Assembly: GCA_963702945.1 (NCBI GenBank) | Contig: OY969773.1 | Location: 591,073-655,072, forward strand | Direction: 5' to 3' | Length of the DNA stretch: 64,000 nt | Source: an uncultured Gemmatimonadales bacterium | GTDB taxonomy: Bacteria; Gemmatimonadota; Gemmatimonadetes; Gemmatimonadales; Gemmatimonadaceae | Shown: positions 45,262 through 55,732 of the stretch, piece after piece | Layout of the letters: each line of letters begins with the position of its first letter | Numbering within the stretch: the first letter of the stretch is position 1 | Notes under the pieces: model-generated | The model's input: the letters and a program-made list of their open reading frames with translations, nothing else | Database searches by the model: none | Told to the model about the DNA's origin: nothing | Translations under genes and position numbers: made by a program

Positions 45262-45762
45262 CTACGCGAGTTCGATCAACACGGTGCCTTTCTCCACCGC
45301 CGTACCGGGTGCGACTGCCACGCGGCGGACCGTTCCCGCGCTCGGCGCCCGCAACTCGTTCTCCATCTTCATCGCCTCCATGACGACGAGCGGTTGTCCG
45401 CTCGCAACCGTGTCGCCTTCGGCCACCTGCACGCGAACGACGAGACCGGGCATCGGCGCGATCAGCGGGGCGGGACCGGCCGCCGCACCACTCGCGGCCG
45501 AGAGGTCGCGGATGGCCCGGGTGCGCTCGTCGAGCGCATCCGCGGCGTAGGTGCGTCCGTTCACCGACAGGGTGTATTGGCCGCGCGTGGCACCCCGACG
45601 TGCGATCACGCGATGTGTCGTATCGCCGATCGTCAGCAGCAACCCCGGTGTGCCGGGCACCTCCCGGAGGTGCGCGCGCACGATCTCGCCGTCGACGCGG
45701 ACCTCGTCGCCGAGCACTTCGACCTCGCTTCGCACACCGTCGATTTCGACGACGTACTTCAT
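45262..45762 (-). CDS. Biotin carboxyl carrier subunit of an acyl-CoA carboxylase
   Basis: APMPG, EAMKMENE biotinyl-Lys motif. Confidence 0.93.
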   Translation of the reverse strand: MKYVVEIDGVRSEVEVLGDEVRVDGEIVRAHLREVPGTPGLLLTIGDTTHRVIARRGATRGQYTLSVNGRTYAADALDERTRAIRDLSAASGAAAGPAPLIAPMPGLVVRVQVAEGDTVASGQPLVVMEAMKMENELRAPSAGTVRRVAVAPGTAVEKGTVLIELA

Positions 45763-47132
45763 ACGACCACCTCAGGTGCTTGCGCGCCGGTTGTCGAGCA
45801 GTCGAGCACGACGACCGTCTCGACGTGCGCGGTTTGGGGAAACATGTCGTACGGGGTGACGCGCCGGATGCGGTACGACGGAAGGCGTCCGAGGTCGCGC
45901 GCGAGCGTCGCCGGGTCGCAGCTGACGTAGACGAGCACGTCGGGCGGCGCTCCAAACTCCCCGTCCGCCGCCCGCTCGAGGATCGGCGGCACGGCCGCGT
46001 CGAGGCCGGTCCGCGGCGGATTTAGGAGGATCGCCGCAGCGGGCAGTGCGCCGGCGAGTGCGTCCTCCACGCGCGCGCGGATTCCCGCGCCGCCAAACGG
46101 GGTGAGGCTCGCGTGCGCGATTGCCGCCGCGTCCGCATCGAGCTCGATCGCTGTCACGCGGGCGCCCTCGCGAGCGAGCGCGTGCGCGACGTCGCCCGTG
46201 CCTGCGTACGCGTCGACCAGCGATGCGGGGCGGAGCGCGCGAAGTGTCGCGATCACATCCGCGCGCAGGCGCGTCGCCATCCCGGCGTTCACCTGCGTGA
46301 ACGACGCGCCGGCAGCCGCGTCGCCCCGGGCGCGCAACAGGCGGCGCGAGCCGTCCGTTGGTCGCCACCAGAGTCCAGCGATCTCCGGGGTCGCATCGAA
46401 GAATTGGTCGGCGGCGTGCCACCGCGATCCGCCCTCGAGCGTGAAGCTCGCGACCGGCGCGGTCGCATCGCGGATGTCGGCGTCGTCGAGCAAGCGCACC
46501 GCTCCGCGGAGCTCGCGCGCGTCGGACGGGAACAGGTCGGCGGCCTTCATGATGCTCGACCAAATCCCGAGAACGCGGGCATCCGTGATCGGACAATCGC
46601 GAAGCGCAAAGACGTCCGCCGGTGCGTCGTATGGGTGCAACCCGGCAATCCACTCGCCCGCGCGACGGCGCAACGCGAGCGTCAGCTTCCGTCGATACCG
46701 CCAGTCCGCCGGGCTGGGAACGACGGAATCGACCGCGACCGGGCGGCGTGCGATCCGCGTCAGCGCATCGGCAACGAGGTGCCGCTTGGCCTCACGTTGC
46801 GCGTGGACGTTGATGTGCTGCAGCTGACAACCGCCACATCGATCGTCCATGTAATGTGCGCAGGGAGGATTCACACGCTCGCCAGAGGGTGCGACGACCC
46901 CCGACAGCGCGCCGCGCGCGAACCGCCCCGACGAGGTCCAGCGCGCGCGCACGACGTCGCCCGGCGCGGTCCGCGGAACGAATACGACGAGACCCCCGTC
47001 GCGCCCGACGCCATCGCCACCAGCCGCAATCGCGTCGATCGCGAGTTCGCGCGGGGGTCCGGATGGCGCGCTCGCGACGGGGCGCCGCGGCCGCGACGGA
47101 CGGCCGCGGCGTCGTGGTCCCGATCCGCTCAT
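45759..47132 (-). CDS. rlmD: TrmA/RlmD-family RNA (uracil-5)-methyltransferase
   Basis: TRAM domain, C.....CGGCQLQH Fe-S motif, FTQVN, DAYAGTG, NPPR, YVSCDPATLARD, DMFPQT.HVE. Confidence 0.88.
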   Translation of the reverse strand: MSGSGPRRRGRPSRPRRPVASAPSGPPRELAIDAIAAGGDGVGRDGGLVVFVPRTAPGDVVRARWTSSGRFARGALSGVVAPSGERVNPPCAHYMDDRCGGCQLQHINVHAQREAKRHLVADALTRIARRPVAVDSVVPSPADWRYRRKLTLALRRRAGEWIAGLHPYDAPADVFALRDCPITDARVLGIWSSIMKAADLFPSDARELRGAVRLLDDADIRDATAPVASFTLEGGSRWHAADQFFDATPEIAGLWWRPTDGSRRLLRARGDAAAGASFTQVNAGMATRLRADVIATLRALRPASLVDAYAGTGDVAHALAREGARVTAIELDADAAAIAHASLTPFGGAGIRARVEDALAGALPAAAILLNPPRTGLDAAVPPILERAADGEFGAPPDVLVYVSCDPATLARDLGRLPSYRIRRVTPYDMFPQTAHVETVVVLDCSTTGAQAPEVVV

Positions 47133-47166
47133 GTCGTGCGCGCGACCGCGCGCGCGGCGGAGCGTG

Positions 47167-48699
47167 TCACCCCGGGCGAAGCGCCTCACGCCGCGCCGCG
47201 GCCCGCCAGCCGCTCGTCGAAGCCGTCGCGGGAGCCGCGGCTGCAGACCCGCCCGACGTCGGCGCGACCGCGCGCGTGCCGCGATCGCGATCTGCGACGA
47301 GGGCGGCGGCGATCGCGGCGAGTCGGCGCTCGGCCGCGCTCACCTCGGTGGTGAGAAGCGTTGGGAGTCGCTGCTCGAGCCACTGGATCGAGATATCGCC
47401 GCGGCGGAACTCGTCGTTTTCCATGACGCGGAGATGGAACTCGCGCGACGTTTCGACGCCCTCGATCGACAGCTCGCGGAGCGCACGCTCCATGCGAGCG
47501 ATCGCGCGCGCGCGGTCCGGCGCGTACACGATCAGCTTTGCCAGCATCGGATCGTAGAACAGTCCGACGTCGCTTCCGGTCTCGATCCCGCCGTCCCATC
47601 GCACGCCAGGGCCGGCAGGCAGGTGGAGGTACGAAATGCGCCCCGTCGATGGCAGAAAGCCGTTCGCGGGATCCTCGCTCGTGATGCGACACTCGATCGC
47701 CCAGCCGCGCGGCGCGAGCTCTGCCTGCACGAAGGGCAGCCGCTCACCCGACGCAATTCGGAGCTGCCACTGCACGAGGTCGATGCCGGTGACGAGCTCC
47801 GTCACGGGATGCTCGACCTGAATGCGCGTGTTCATCTCGAGGAAGTAGAACGCGCCGTCGCGCGCGAGCAGGAACTCGCACGTGCCCGCGTTCACGTAGC
47901 CCGCCGCACGTGCCGCCGCGACCGCCGCCTCACCCATGCGCGCGCGCAGCTCTGGTGACACGGCGACGCTCGGCGCTTCCTCGATCATCTTCTGGTGTCG
48001 GCGCTGCACCGAGCACTCGCGCTCCCCGAGATGGAGCATGGTGCCGTGGTGGTCGCCCAACACCTGAATTTCGACGTGGCGCGGGCCCTCGACGTACTTC
48101 TCGACGTACACCGCGTCGTCGCCGAAGGCGTTCTGCGCCTCGCGTTGCGCCGCGCCTAACGCATCGGCCATCTCGCCCGGTGCGCGTACGACGCGCATCC
48201 CCTTCCCGCCCCCGCCCGCGGCCGCCTTGAGCAGCACCGGATAGCCGAACTGTTCGGCCACCTCGCGGGCTTCGGCCGCGTCGCGCAGCGCCTCGGTGGT
48301 GCCCGGAACGACCGGCGTACCCGCGCTGATCGCGAGCTGTCGCGCGGCGGTCTTGCTCCCCATCGCGTCGATCGCCTCGGCGGACGGGCCGACGAAGGTC
48401 AGCCCCGCGTCGCGCACGGCCCGCGCGAACCACGCGCGCTCCGACAGGAAACCGTAGCCGGGGTGAATCGCCTCGGCGCCGGTCCGGAGCGCGGCCTCGA
48501 TGAGGCGGTCACCGAGGAGGTAGCTCTGCGCGGAGGGGCTCGGGCCGACGTGGATCGCCTCGTCGGCGTCGCGCACGTGGGGGGCGTTCGCGTCGGCATC
48601 GCTGTAGACCGCGACGGAGCGAACGCCGAGCTCCTGGCAGGCGCGGACGACACGAAGCGCGATCTCGCCACGATTCGCGATGAGCACCTTGGAGAACAT
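47167..48699 (-). CDS. accC: Biotin carboxylase subunit (acetyl/propionyl-CoA carboxylase)
   Basis: ANRGEIA, HPGYGFLSE, GGGGKGMR, ERECSVQRRHQK, EMNTRIQVEH. Confidence 0.93.
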   Translation of the reverse strand: MFSKVLIANRGEIALRVVRACQELGVRSVAVYSDADANAPHVRDADEAIHVGPSPSAQSYLLGDRLIEAALRTGAEAIHPGYGFLSERAWFARAVRDAGLTFVGPSAEAIDAMGSKTAARQLAISAGTPVVPGTTEALRDAAEAREVAEQFGYPVLLKAAAGGGGKGMRVVRAPGEMADALGAAQREAQNAFGDDAVYVEKYVEGPRHVEIQVLGDHHGTMLHLGERECSVQRRHQKMIEEAPSVAVSPELRARMGEAAVAAARAAGYVNAGTCEFLLARDGAFYFLEMNTRIQVEHPVTELVTGIDLVQWQLRIASGERLPFVQAELAPRGWAIECRITSEDPANGFLPSTGRISYLHLPAGPGVRWDGGIETGSDVGLFYDPMLAKLIVYAPDRARAIARMERALRELSIEGVETSREFHLRVMENDEFRRGDISIQWLEQRLPTLLTTEVSAAERRLAAIAAALVADRDRGTRAVAPTSGGSAAAAPATASTSGWRAAARREALRPG

Positions 48700-48772
48700 C
48701 AGGACGCGACGGAAGAGATGGCCAGCCCCGTCGCCCCGGCCAGCGGGCCGAATCGGTGCCTATCGAACGGCG

Positions 48773-50326
48773 TCACAGCGGGAGATTCCCATGTTTCTTT
48801 GCCGGGTTCCGATCGCGCTTGCCCTGCAGCGCGTCGAGCGCGTCGATCAACCGCGGGCGCGTGTCGCGCGGATCGATGATGTCGTCGACGTAGCCGCGCG
48901 CAGCTGCGACATATGGATTCGCGAACCGCTCCGTGTATTCGGCCACGCGCGCATCAGTTGCCGAAACCGGGTCCGCGGCATCGGCGATCTCCCGCTTGTA
49001 GATGATCTCGACCGCGCCTTTCGGTCCCATGACCGCGATCTCCGCGGTCGGCCACGCCACGTTGAAATCACCACGGATGTGCTTCGAGCTCATCACGTCG
49101 TACGCGCCCCCGTACGCCTTGCGTGTGATGACGGTCAACTTGGGCACGGTGGCCTCGCAGTACGCGTACAGCAGCTTCGCGCCATGCTTGATGATGCCGC
49201 CATGCTCCTGCGCGACACCGGGCAGGAAGCCCGGCACATCCTCGAACGTCACGATCGGAATGTTGAACGCGTCGCAGAAGCGAATGAAGCGCGCCGCCTT
49301 CAGCGAAGCGTTGATGTCGAGCACGCCCGCGAGCACCGCGGGCTGATTTGCGACGATGCCGACCGAGTAGGCGCCAAGGTGCGCGAAGCCGCACACGATG
49401 TTCGCCGCGTAGTCCGCGTGGACCTCGTAGAAATCGCCGTCGTCAACGACCCGGCGCACGACGTCGTGGATGTCGTAGGGCTTGTTCGGGTGATCGGGGA
49501 CGACATCGAGCAACGCCTCGTCGCGCCGATCCCGCGGATCGGTGCCCCGCCCGCGCGGCGGATCATCGAGGTTGTTGCTCGGCACGTACCTGAACAGATC
49601 GCGGATGGCGCCTAACGACGCCAGCTCGGAGTCATGCGCGAAATGTGCGACGCCTGACGTCCCGGCGTGGGTGTCTGCGCCGCCGAGCTGCTCCATCGTC
49701 ACGTCCTCGTGCGTCACCGTCTTCACGACGTTCGGGCCGGTGACGAACATGTAGCTCGTGCCGCGCACCATGTAGATGAAGTCGGTGATCGCGGGCGAGT
49801 AGACCGCCCCGCCCGCACATGGCCCGAGGATGGCCGAGATCTGTGGCACGACTCCCGAGGCGAGCGTATTGCGCAGGAAGATGTCCGCGTAACCGCCTAA
49901 CGCGACAACGCCGTCCTGAATGCGCGCCCCGCCTGAGTCATTCAGACCGATCATGGGCGCGCCGTTCCGGACCGCGAGATCCATCACCTTGCAGATCTTC
50001 TGCGCGTGCGCCTCGGCGAGCGACCCGCCGGACACGGTGAAGTCCTGCGAGAAGACGTAGACGATCCGTCCGTCGATGCGGCCGTAGCCGGTCACCACGC
50101 CGTCGCCATACGCGGAACCGTCCCCGTTCGGCGTGTCCCCCGCCGATCGCGCGGTGACGAAGCGGTCGAGCTCGACGAAGCTTCCCTCGTCGAGGAGCAC
50201 ATCGAGCCGTTCGCGCGCGCTCAGCTTCCCCTTGTGGTGCTGCGCCTTGAGTCGGGCCGCACCGCCGCCGAGTTCGGACGCGGCTCGTCGTGCGGCAAGC
50301 GTTTCGAGTTTATCGCGCATGCTCAT
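48773..50326 (-). CDS. pccB: Acyl-CoA (propionyl-CoA) carboxylase carboxyltransferase subunit
   Basis: [57 protein letters not shown]. Confidence 0.93.
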   Translation of the reverse strand: MSMRDKLETLAARRAASELGGGAARLKAQHHKGKLSARERLDVLLDEGSFVELDRFVTARSAGDTPNGDGSAYGDGVVTGYGRIDGRIVYVFSQDFTVSGGSLAEAHAQKICKVMDLAVRNGAPMIGLNDSGGARIQDGVVALGGYADIFLRNTLASGVVPQISAILGPCAGGAVYSPAITDFIYMVRGTSYMFVTGPNVVKTVTHEDVTMEQLGGADTHAGTSGVAHFAHDSELASLGAIRDLFRYVPSNNLDDPPRGRGTDPRDRRDEALLDVVPDHPNKPYDIHDVVRRVVDDGDFYEVHADYAANIVCGFAHLGAYSVGIVANQPAVLAGVLDINASLKAARFIRFCDAFNIPIVTFEDVPGFLPGVAQEHGGIIKHGAKLLYAYCEATVPKLTVITRKAYGGAYDVMSSKHIRGDFNVAWPTAEIAVMGPKGAVEIIYKREIADAADPVSATDARVAEYTERFANPYVAAARGYVDDIIDPRDTRPRLIDALDALQGKRDRNPAKKHGNLPL

Positions 50327-50795
50327 CGTCGGCGCCAACCTAGCAATGGGACGCGCGGGAGGTGAAGGCATGTCGCGCCCGGATGTCCTCCACATGCATG
50401 TCGGGATACTTTGTGATTTCTTGGCATCGTCAACCCGTCCAAGCTCTGCCGAGCGTCCACCGGGCAACTCTCCGCACTCGTCGGAGCAGCGTTCCGCACG
50501 CTCGGCGTCGACGCCGGTCCGCGCGCGTGGACGTGCGGCGGGACGGAGTCGCGCAGGTGAAGCTTGCCGAGTTCGTCGCGCATGTCGCCGCGGCCGCCGC
50601 GCGCAGCGCGAGGTAACGCTCCTCGGCTGCTCGTGAACGTGCCCGTCCGTCATGTACTCGAGGCGGCGCAGAAGCTCGCCGAGCTCGGGACGAAGTATGT
50701 CGGCACGCGCGCGGCGCTCGCTGTGGCGGTCGGCGATCCAGCGATGATTTCCGGGGCGGCAGATCCGCGTGAGGCGTCGCGCACACGCGAACGCA

Positions 50796-50833
50796 CGACG
50801 CCCCCGGCAGCGCGAGGGCGGCCGAGGGCGTCG
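50796..50833 (-). terminator. GC-rich hairpin downstream of rpsA
   Basis: CGACGCCCTCGGC...GCCGGGGGCGTCG stem about 50 nt after the stop; no U-tract. Confidence 0.4.
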
Positions 50834-50880
50834 TGGACCAACGGGCGACGAATCGCCTTACCGCGTCATGCGAGTACCGC

Positions 50881-52707
50881 TTACAGCATCCCTTCTTCCT
50901 CGCTCGAGTGCACCACTGACGGTGCCTCCGGGCGTGGCGGCTGCTCCTCGGGAATCGCGGTGACCGCGAGAACGATACGGCGCTGGATGGGATCGACCTC
51001 CATCACGCGCGTGTCGAGGAACATCCCCTCGTACGCGACGTCGGCCGGGTTGCTGACGATGCGGCCGGTGATGTTGAGCTGCGAGAGCGGAACGAAGCCC
51101 TCCAGATTGTCGCCCATATCCACGACGACGCCCTTGTCCATCAGGCGCACGATCGTCGAGCGCTGCTCGGTGCCGATCGCCAGCGTTTCGGCGATCGTCA
51201 GCCACGGATCGGCCTCGGCCTGCTTGAGGCCGAGCGAGATGCGCTTGTTCTCGCTGTCGATGTTGAGGATCACGACGTCGACGGTATCGCCCTTCTTCAC
51301 GACCTCCGACGGATGCTGGACGCGCTTGGTCCAGCTCATGTCGGAGATGTGGATCAGGCCGTCGATGCCCGGCTCGATCTCGACGAACGCGCCAAACGAC
51401 GTGAGGTTGCGGACCTTCCCCGTGATGCGCGTGCCGACCGGGTACTTGAGCGGAAGGACCGTCCAAGGATCCGTTTCGGTCTGCTTCATCCCGAGCGAGA
51501 TCTTCTCCTCGTCCGGATCGACCTTGAGCACGACCGCCTCGATGCTCTCGCCGATGCTGACCAGCTTCGACGGGTGCCGGACGTTGCGCGTCCAGCTCAT
51601 CTCGGAGATGTGCACGAGGCCTTCGATGCCCGGCTCGAGCTCGATGAAGGCGCCGTAGTTGGTGATGCTGACGACGCGGCCCTGAACGCGCGTGCCGACC
51701 GGGTACTTGGCGGCGACGTCCTTCCAGGGATACGACTGCAGCTGCTTGAGGCCTAACGAGATCCGCTCGCGGTCCCAATCGATGTCGAGGACCTTGATCT
51801 CCAGCTCCTGCCCGATCTGGACCATCTCGGTCGGGTGCTGGATGCGGCCCCACGACATGTCCGTGATGTGCAGGAGGCCGTCGACGCCGCCGAGGTCGAT
51901 GAACGCACCGAAGTCGGTGATGTTCTTGACGACGCCCTTCCGGATCTGGTCCTTCGACAGCTCCTTCATCAGCTTCTCGCGCTTGCCCGAGCGTTCCTGC
52001 TCGAGGATCACGCGGCGGCTCACCACGATGTTGCGGCGCCGCTTGTTGAGCTTGATGATCTTGAAGTCGTACGTCTGACCGAGCAGGTCGTCGATGTTGG
52101 GCACGCGACGGAGCGCGATCTGCGAACCCGGGAGGAATGCGTCGACGCCCATGAGATCGACCACGACGCCGCCCTTGATCTTCTTGGTCAGCGTGCCCGT
52201 CACGGGCTGGTCGGTCTCGTAGGCGACGCGGATGCGCTCCCAGACGCGCATGAAGTCGGCCTTCTTCTTCGACAGCACGACCGAGCCTTCGTTGTCTTCG
52301 AGGTGCTCGAGGAGCACTTCGACGACGTCGCCGGCCTTGAGGTCGGGCAGGTCCTTGAACTCCTCGAGCGGGATCGTCCCTTCGGATTTGAATCCGATAT
52401 CGAGGACGACCATGTTGTCGCGAATTTCGAGGACCGTCGACTTGACGATCTCGCCCTCTTCGATCGAAGCGAGCGTGCCGTTGTACATGTCGACCATCGC
52501 ATCGTACTCGTCCGACGAGTATTCATCCTCGTCGTAGAGTTCGGGGCGACGGTTCGCAAGCGGACGCAGCTGGGCGCGCTGGAGGTCACGCTTCTCGCGT
52601 GCCGTCAGCCCGCTGCCCATGCCGAATCCGGCAGTGGAGTCGTTCGTGGAGCCGTCGGACGCGAACATGGCCGCGTCCTCAGTGGTGTGGGTGTCGAGCT
52701 CGGTCAT
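50881..52707 (-). CDS. rpsA: 30S ribosomal protein S1
   Basis: DIGFKSEG, AFLPGSQI, repeated S1 domains FGAF...GL.HI.DMSW. Confidence 0.98.
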   Translation of the reverse strand: MTELDTHTTEDAAMFASDGSTNDSTAGFGMGSGLTAREKRDLQRAQLRPLANRRPELYDEDEYSSDEYDAMVDMYNGTLASIEEGEIVKSTVLEIRDNMVVLDIGFKSEGTIPLEEFKDLPDLKAGDVVEVLLEHLEDNEGSVVLSKKKADFMRVWERIRVAYETDQPVTGTLTKKIKGGVVVDLMGVDAFLPGSQIALRRVPNIDDLLGQTYDFKIIKLNKRRRNIVVSRRVILEQERSGKREKLMKELSKDQIRKGVVKNITDFGAFIDLGGVDGLLHITDMSWGRIQHPTEMVQIGQELEIKVLDIDWDRERISLGLKQLQSYPWKDVAAKYPVGTRVQGRVVSITNYGAFIELEPGIEGLVHISEMSWTRNVRHPSKLVSIGESIEAVVLKVDPDEEKISLGMKQTETDPWTVLPLKYPVGTRITGKVRNLTSFGAFVEIEPGIDGLIHISDMSWTKRVQHPSEVVKKGDTVDVVILNIDSENKRISLGLKQAEADPWLTIAETLAIGTEQRSTIVRLMDKGVVVDMGDNLEGFVPLSQLNITGRIVSNPADVAYEGMFLDTRVMEVDPIQRRIVLAVTAIPEEQPPRPEAPSVVHSSEEEGML

Positions 52708-52822
52708 ACCGAAGCTGCTCTCCGAACCGCGGTGGGTTTAGGCTCGCCGCGTCGAGTCATGAAGGGAACGCACGATGGCGGGCGCTGGCGTCCGAAGACC
52801 GGTCGCGCAGCGCGAACCTTGC

Positions 52823-52851
52823 ATGATATGGCGGCCCTTGCCGAACGTCAA
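52823..52851 (-). promoter_or_regulatory. Sigma70-type promoter of rpsA
   Basis: TTGACG-17 bp-TATCAT. Confidence 0.7.
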
Positions 52852-52887
52852 CGCGTCCCGACGCGGAAGTGCGTACCGGCGTGTGAC

Positions 52888-53595
52888 TTACGTTGTCGGG
52901 TCCGCCGTCGCGCCCGGAAGCGCCCGCACGAGCGCGACGATCCTGTCGACCTGTTCGGACTGCGTCAGATACGTCGTGTCGAGCAGCACGGCGTCCCGCG
53001 CCTGCACCGTCTGTGTCGCATCGCGCGCGTCGCGCTGCACCAGCCGATCGGTTTCCGCGGCGATCTCGGCCTCGCTCGGGACGCGCCCGTGCTGTTGCAG
53101 CAGGCGGCGGCGCGCGCGCTCCCACGGATCGGCGACGAGGAAGATCTTGAGCGCGGCGTCCGGAAAGACCACCGTGCCGATGTCGCGGCCGTCCACGACG
53201 ACCGAGTGCGCCTCGGCCGCGGCCCGCACGCGCTCGTTCACCCAGGCGCGGACCGGCGCCATCTGCGCGACGACGGAGACGTTCCGCGTCACCTCGGTTC
53301 CGCGGACGGCTTCGGCGACCGACACGCCATCGATCGCGGGATCGAACCCGGCTGGCACCGGAAGCAGCGCGACGTGCTCGGCCGCGGCCACGAGCTCCTC
53401 TGCACTCCAGCTTGCCGGCTCGCCGAAGGCACGCATGCCGAGCAGCGTGACCGCGCGGTAGAGCGCGCCGGAGTCAACGTGATGGAACCCCAGTCGCTCG
53501 GCGACCCAGCGGGCCGTCGACGACTTTCCGCTCGCCGCCGGCCCGTCGATCGCGACGACGATCGTCGTAGCCGGGTGCCCGAACGGCCGGCTCAT
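52888..53595 (-). CDS. cmk: Cytidylate kinase
   Basis: AIDGPAASGKSS, DSGALYRA, DGRDIGTVVFPDA. Confidence 0.96.
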   Translation of the reverse strand: MSRPFGHPATTIVVAIDGPAASGKSSTARWVAERLGFHHVDSGALYRAVTLLGMRAFGEPASWSAEELVAAAEHVALLPVPAGFDPAIDGVSVAEAVRGTEVTRNVSVVAQMAPVRAWVNERVRAAAEAHSVVVDGRDIGTVVFPDAALKIFLVADPWERARRRLLQQHGRVPSEAEIAAETDRLVQRDARDATQTVQARDAVLLDTTYLTQSEQVDRIVALVRALPGATADPTT

Positions 53596-54881
53596 TCGGC
53601 GGTTCCGCCGACCGACGCGAGATCGCGCCAGAACGCAGGGTAGGACACGTCGACGCACGATGGATCATCGAGTTCGACGCGGCTGCCGGCCCGCGCGCCG
53701 AGTACGCCGAAAGCCATTGCGAGCCGGTGATCGTCGTGCACCCGAACGGCGCCGTTGAACGATCGCGCGCCTCGGCCGTGGACGACGAAGCCGTCGGGGA
53801 GTTCGTCCGCGTCGACCCCAAGCGTGCGCAGATTGGCGACGACCGTCGCGATACGATCGCTCTCCTTCACGCGCAGCTCGGCGGCGCCTCGCACCACCGT
53901 CGTTCCCTCGGCGCATGCGGCGACGCAGGCGAGTAAGGGAAGTTCGTCGATCAGCGACGGAACTTCCGCGGGCTCGATCTCGGTTCCGACGAGCGGCGTA
54001 CCGCCGTGGGCGACGACGGTTCCGACGGGTTCTCCGCCATCGTTCCGGCGATCGCCGAATTCGAGACGCGCGCCCATGCGCGTCAGCACGTCGAAGCAGC
54101 CGGTCCGCGTCGGATTGAGGCACACGCCCGGGAGGGTTATCGCACCGCGATCCGCGAGCGCAGCGAACGCCGCGAAGAACGCTGCGGACGACGGGTCGCC
54201 GGCGACAGCGGTGTCGAGCGGCTGGATCTGTTGCGCTTCGGGAACCCAGACTGCCCCATCGCGGACGTAGACGGTGACGCCACGCGCGGCGAGCATGCGT
54301 TCCGTGTGATCGCGCGACAGGTGCGGCTCTCGCACGATCACCTGAACGCCGCCCACGAGCCCGGCGAGCAGGATAGCGCTCTTCACCTGGGCACTCGCGG
54401 TCGGGCTCGTCCATTCGATCTCGGTCAGCGCACCGCCCGCAATGGTCATCGGAAGGCGCGCGTCAGGCCCGTCGAACGCGACGGCGGCGCCCATCTGGCG
54501 AAGCGGGTCGGCGATGCGCGCCATCGGCCGGCGCGAGAGCGACGCGTCGCCGACGAAGCGCGTCGCGAACGGCTGTGCAGCCGCGACACCGGCGAGCAGT
54601 CTCGTGGTCGTGCCACTGTTTTCGCACGCGAGCGAGCCTAACGGGGCGCGCAACGGGCGTCCGGTGACGCGCACGCCCGCGCCTTCCGCGACGATGTCGA
54701 CGCCGAACGCACGGAGCGCGCCGGCGGTGGCGCGAACGTCGGCACCGTCCTGCAGCCCGTCGATGCGCGACTCGCCCCGAGCGAGCGCCGCGAACATGAG
54801 GGCGCGGTGACTGATCGACTTGTCGCCAGGAACGCGCACCGTTCCAGCGACCGTCGTGCGCACCGGGCCTAACGCAGCCAC
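53592..54881 (-). CDS. aroA: EPSP synthase (start 54881 or 54863)
   Basis: PGDKSISHR, NSGTT.RL, SAQVKSA, RDHTERML, ELRVKESDR, DHRLAM. Confidence 0.97.
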   Translation of the reverse strand: MAALGPVRTTVAGTVRVPGDKSISHRALMFAALARGESRIDGLQDGADVRATAGALRAFGVDIVAEGAGVRVTGRPLRAPLGSLACENSGTTTRLLAGVAAAQPFATRFVGDASLSRRPMARIADPLRQMGAAVAFDGPDARLPMTIAGGALTEIEWTSPTASAQVKSAILLAGLVGGVQVIVREPHLSRDHTERMLAARGVTVYVRDGAVWVPEAQQIQPLDTAVAGDPSSAAFFAAFAALADRGAITLPGVCLNPTRTGCFDVLTRMGARLEFGDRRNDGGEPVGTVVAHGGTPLVGTEIEPAEVPSLIDELPLLACVAACAEGTTVVRGAAELRVKESDRIATVVANLRTLGVDADELPDGFVVHGRGARSFNGAVRVHDDHRLAMAFGVLGARAGSRVELDDPSCVDVSYPAFWRDLASVGGTAE

Positions 54882-55732
54882 TGTTCGAGCGTCGTCGCGA
54901 GGTCGGTGCGATCGTCGCGGTACTTGACGATGAGCGGCGTCTGCAGGCTGAGTCCCTCGCCTTCGGCCCACGCGCCGCGCACGCGCCGCGCGCCTGGCAC
55001 GACGACCGCGGCTTCCGGGATTTCGAGGGGAGCATCGCTCGTGCCGCGATAGACGGTCTCGCGCACCAGATCGTAGACGGGCGTACCGCGCGTCAGCACG
55101 ACGCCCGCCGCGAGCACGGCGCGGCGGCGAACGACGGTGCCCTCGTACACGCCGCAGTTGCCCCCGACGAGCACGTCATCCTCGATCACCACCGGCGCGG
55201 CGTTCACCGGTTCGAGCACGCCGCCGACCTGCGCGGCCGCGCTTAGATGTACGCGCTCACCGATCTGCGCACAGGAGCCGACGAGCGCGTGCGAATCGAC
55301 CATGGTTCCGGCGCCAATCCACGCACCGACGTTGACGTACATCGGCGGCATGCACACGACGCCCGGCGCGAGGTACGCGCCCCGCCGAACAGCCGAACCA
55401 CCGGGCACGACGCGCACGCCCGAGTCGAGGCGGAGCGCGAGCGGCGGGACGGTCTCCTTGTCGAAGAACCGGAACCCGGGAGCACTGCCAGCCGCGGGCG
55501 ACATGTCGACGATCCGGCCGAGTCGGAAGGCGAGCAGGATGCCGCGTTTGACCCATGGGACCGCGTGCCAGCTTCCGTCAGCCCTTCGTTCCGCGGCGCG
55601 GAGCGTCCCGGCTTCGAGCGCGCTCAGGAGTTCCTCGACCGTCACCGCCGTGTCGTCCGGGAGCGGCGCGCCGGCGGGCGTGTCGGCCGCCGAGACGACC
55701 CGTGTCTGCAGCTCGCGCGTGAGGTCAGACAT
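54869..55732 (-). CDS. dapD: Tetrahydrodipicolinate N-succinyltransferase
   Basis: WVKRGILL.FR, RVVPG, VNVGA, VGSCAQIG..VHLS, GGVLEP. Confidence 0.95.
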   Translation of the reverse strand: MSDLTRELQTRVVSAADTPAGAPLPDDTAVTVEELLSALEAGTLRAAERRADGSWHAVPWVKRGILLAFRLGRIVDMSPAAGSAPGFRFFDKETVPPLALRLDSGVRVVPGGSAVRRGAYLAPGVVCMPPMYVNVGAWIGAGTMVDSHALVGSCAQIGERVHLSAAAQVGGVLEPVNAAPVVIEDDVLVGGNCGVYEGTVVRRRAVLAAGVVLTRGTPVYDLVRETVYRGTSDAPLEIPEAAVVVPGARRVRGAWAEGEGLSLQTPLIVKYRDDRTDLATTLEQWLR

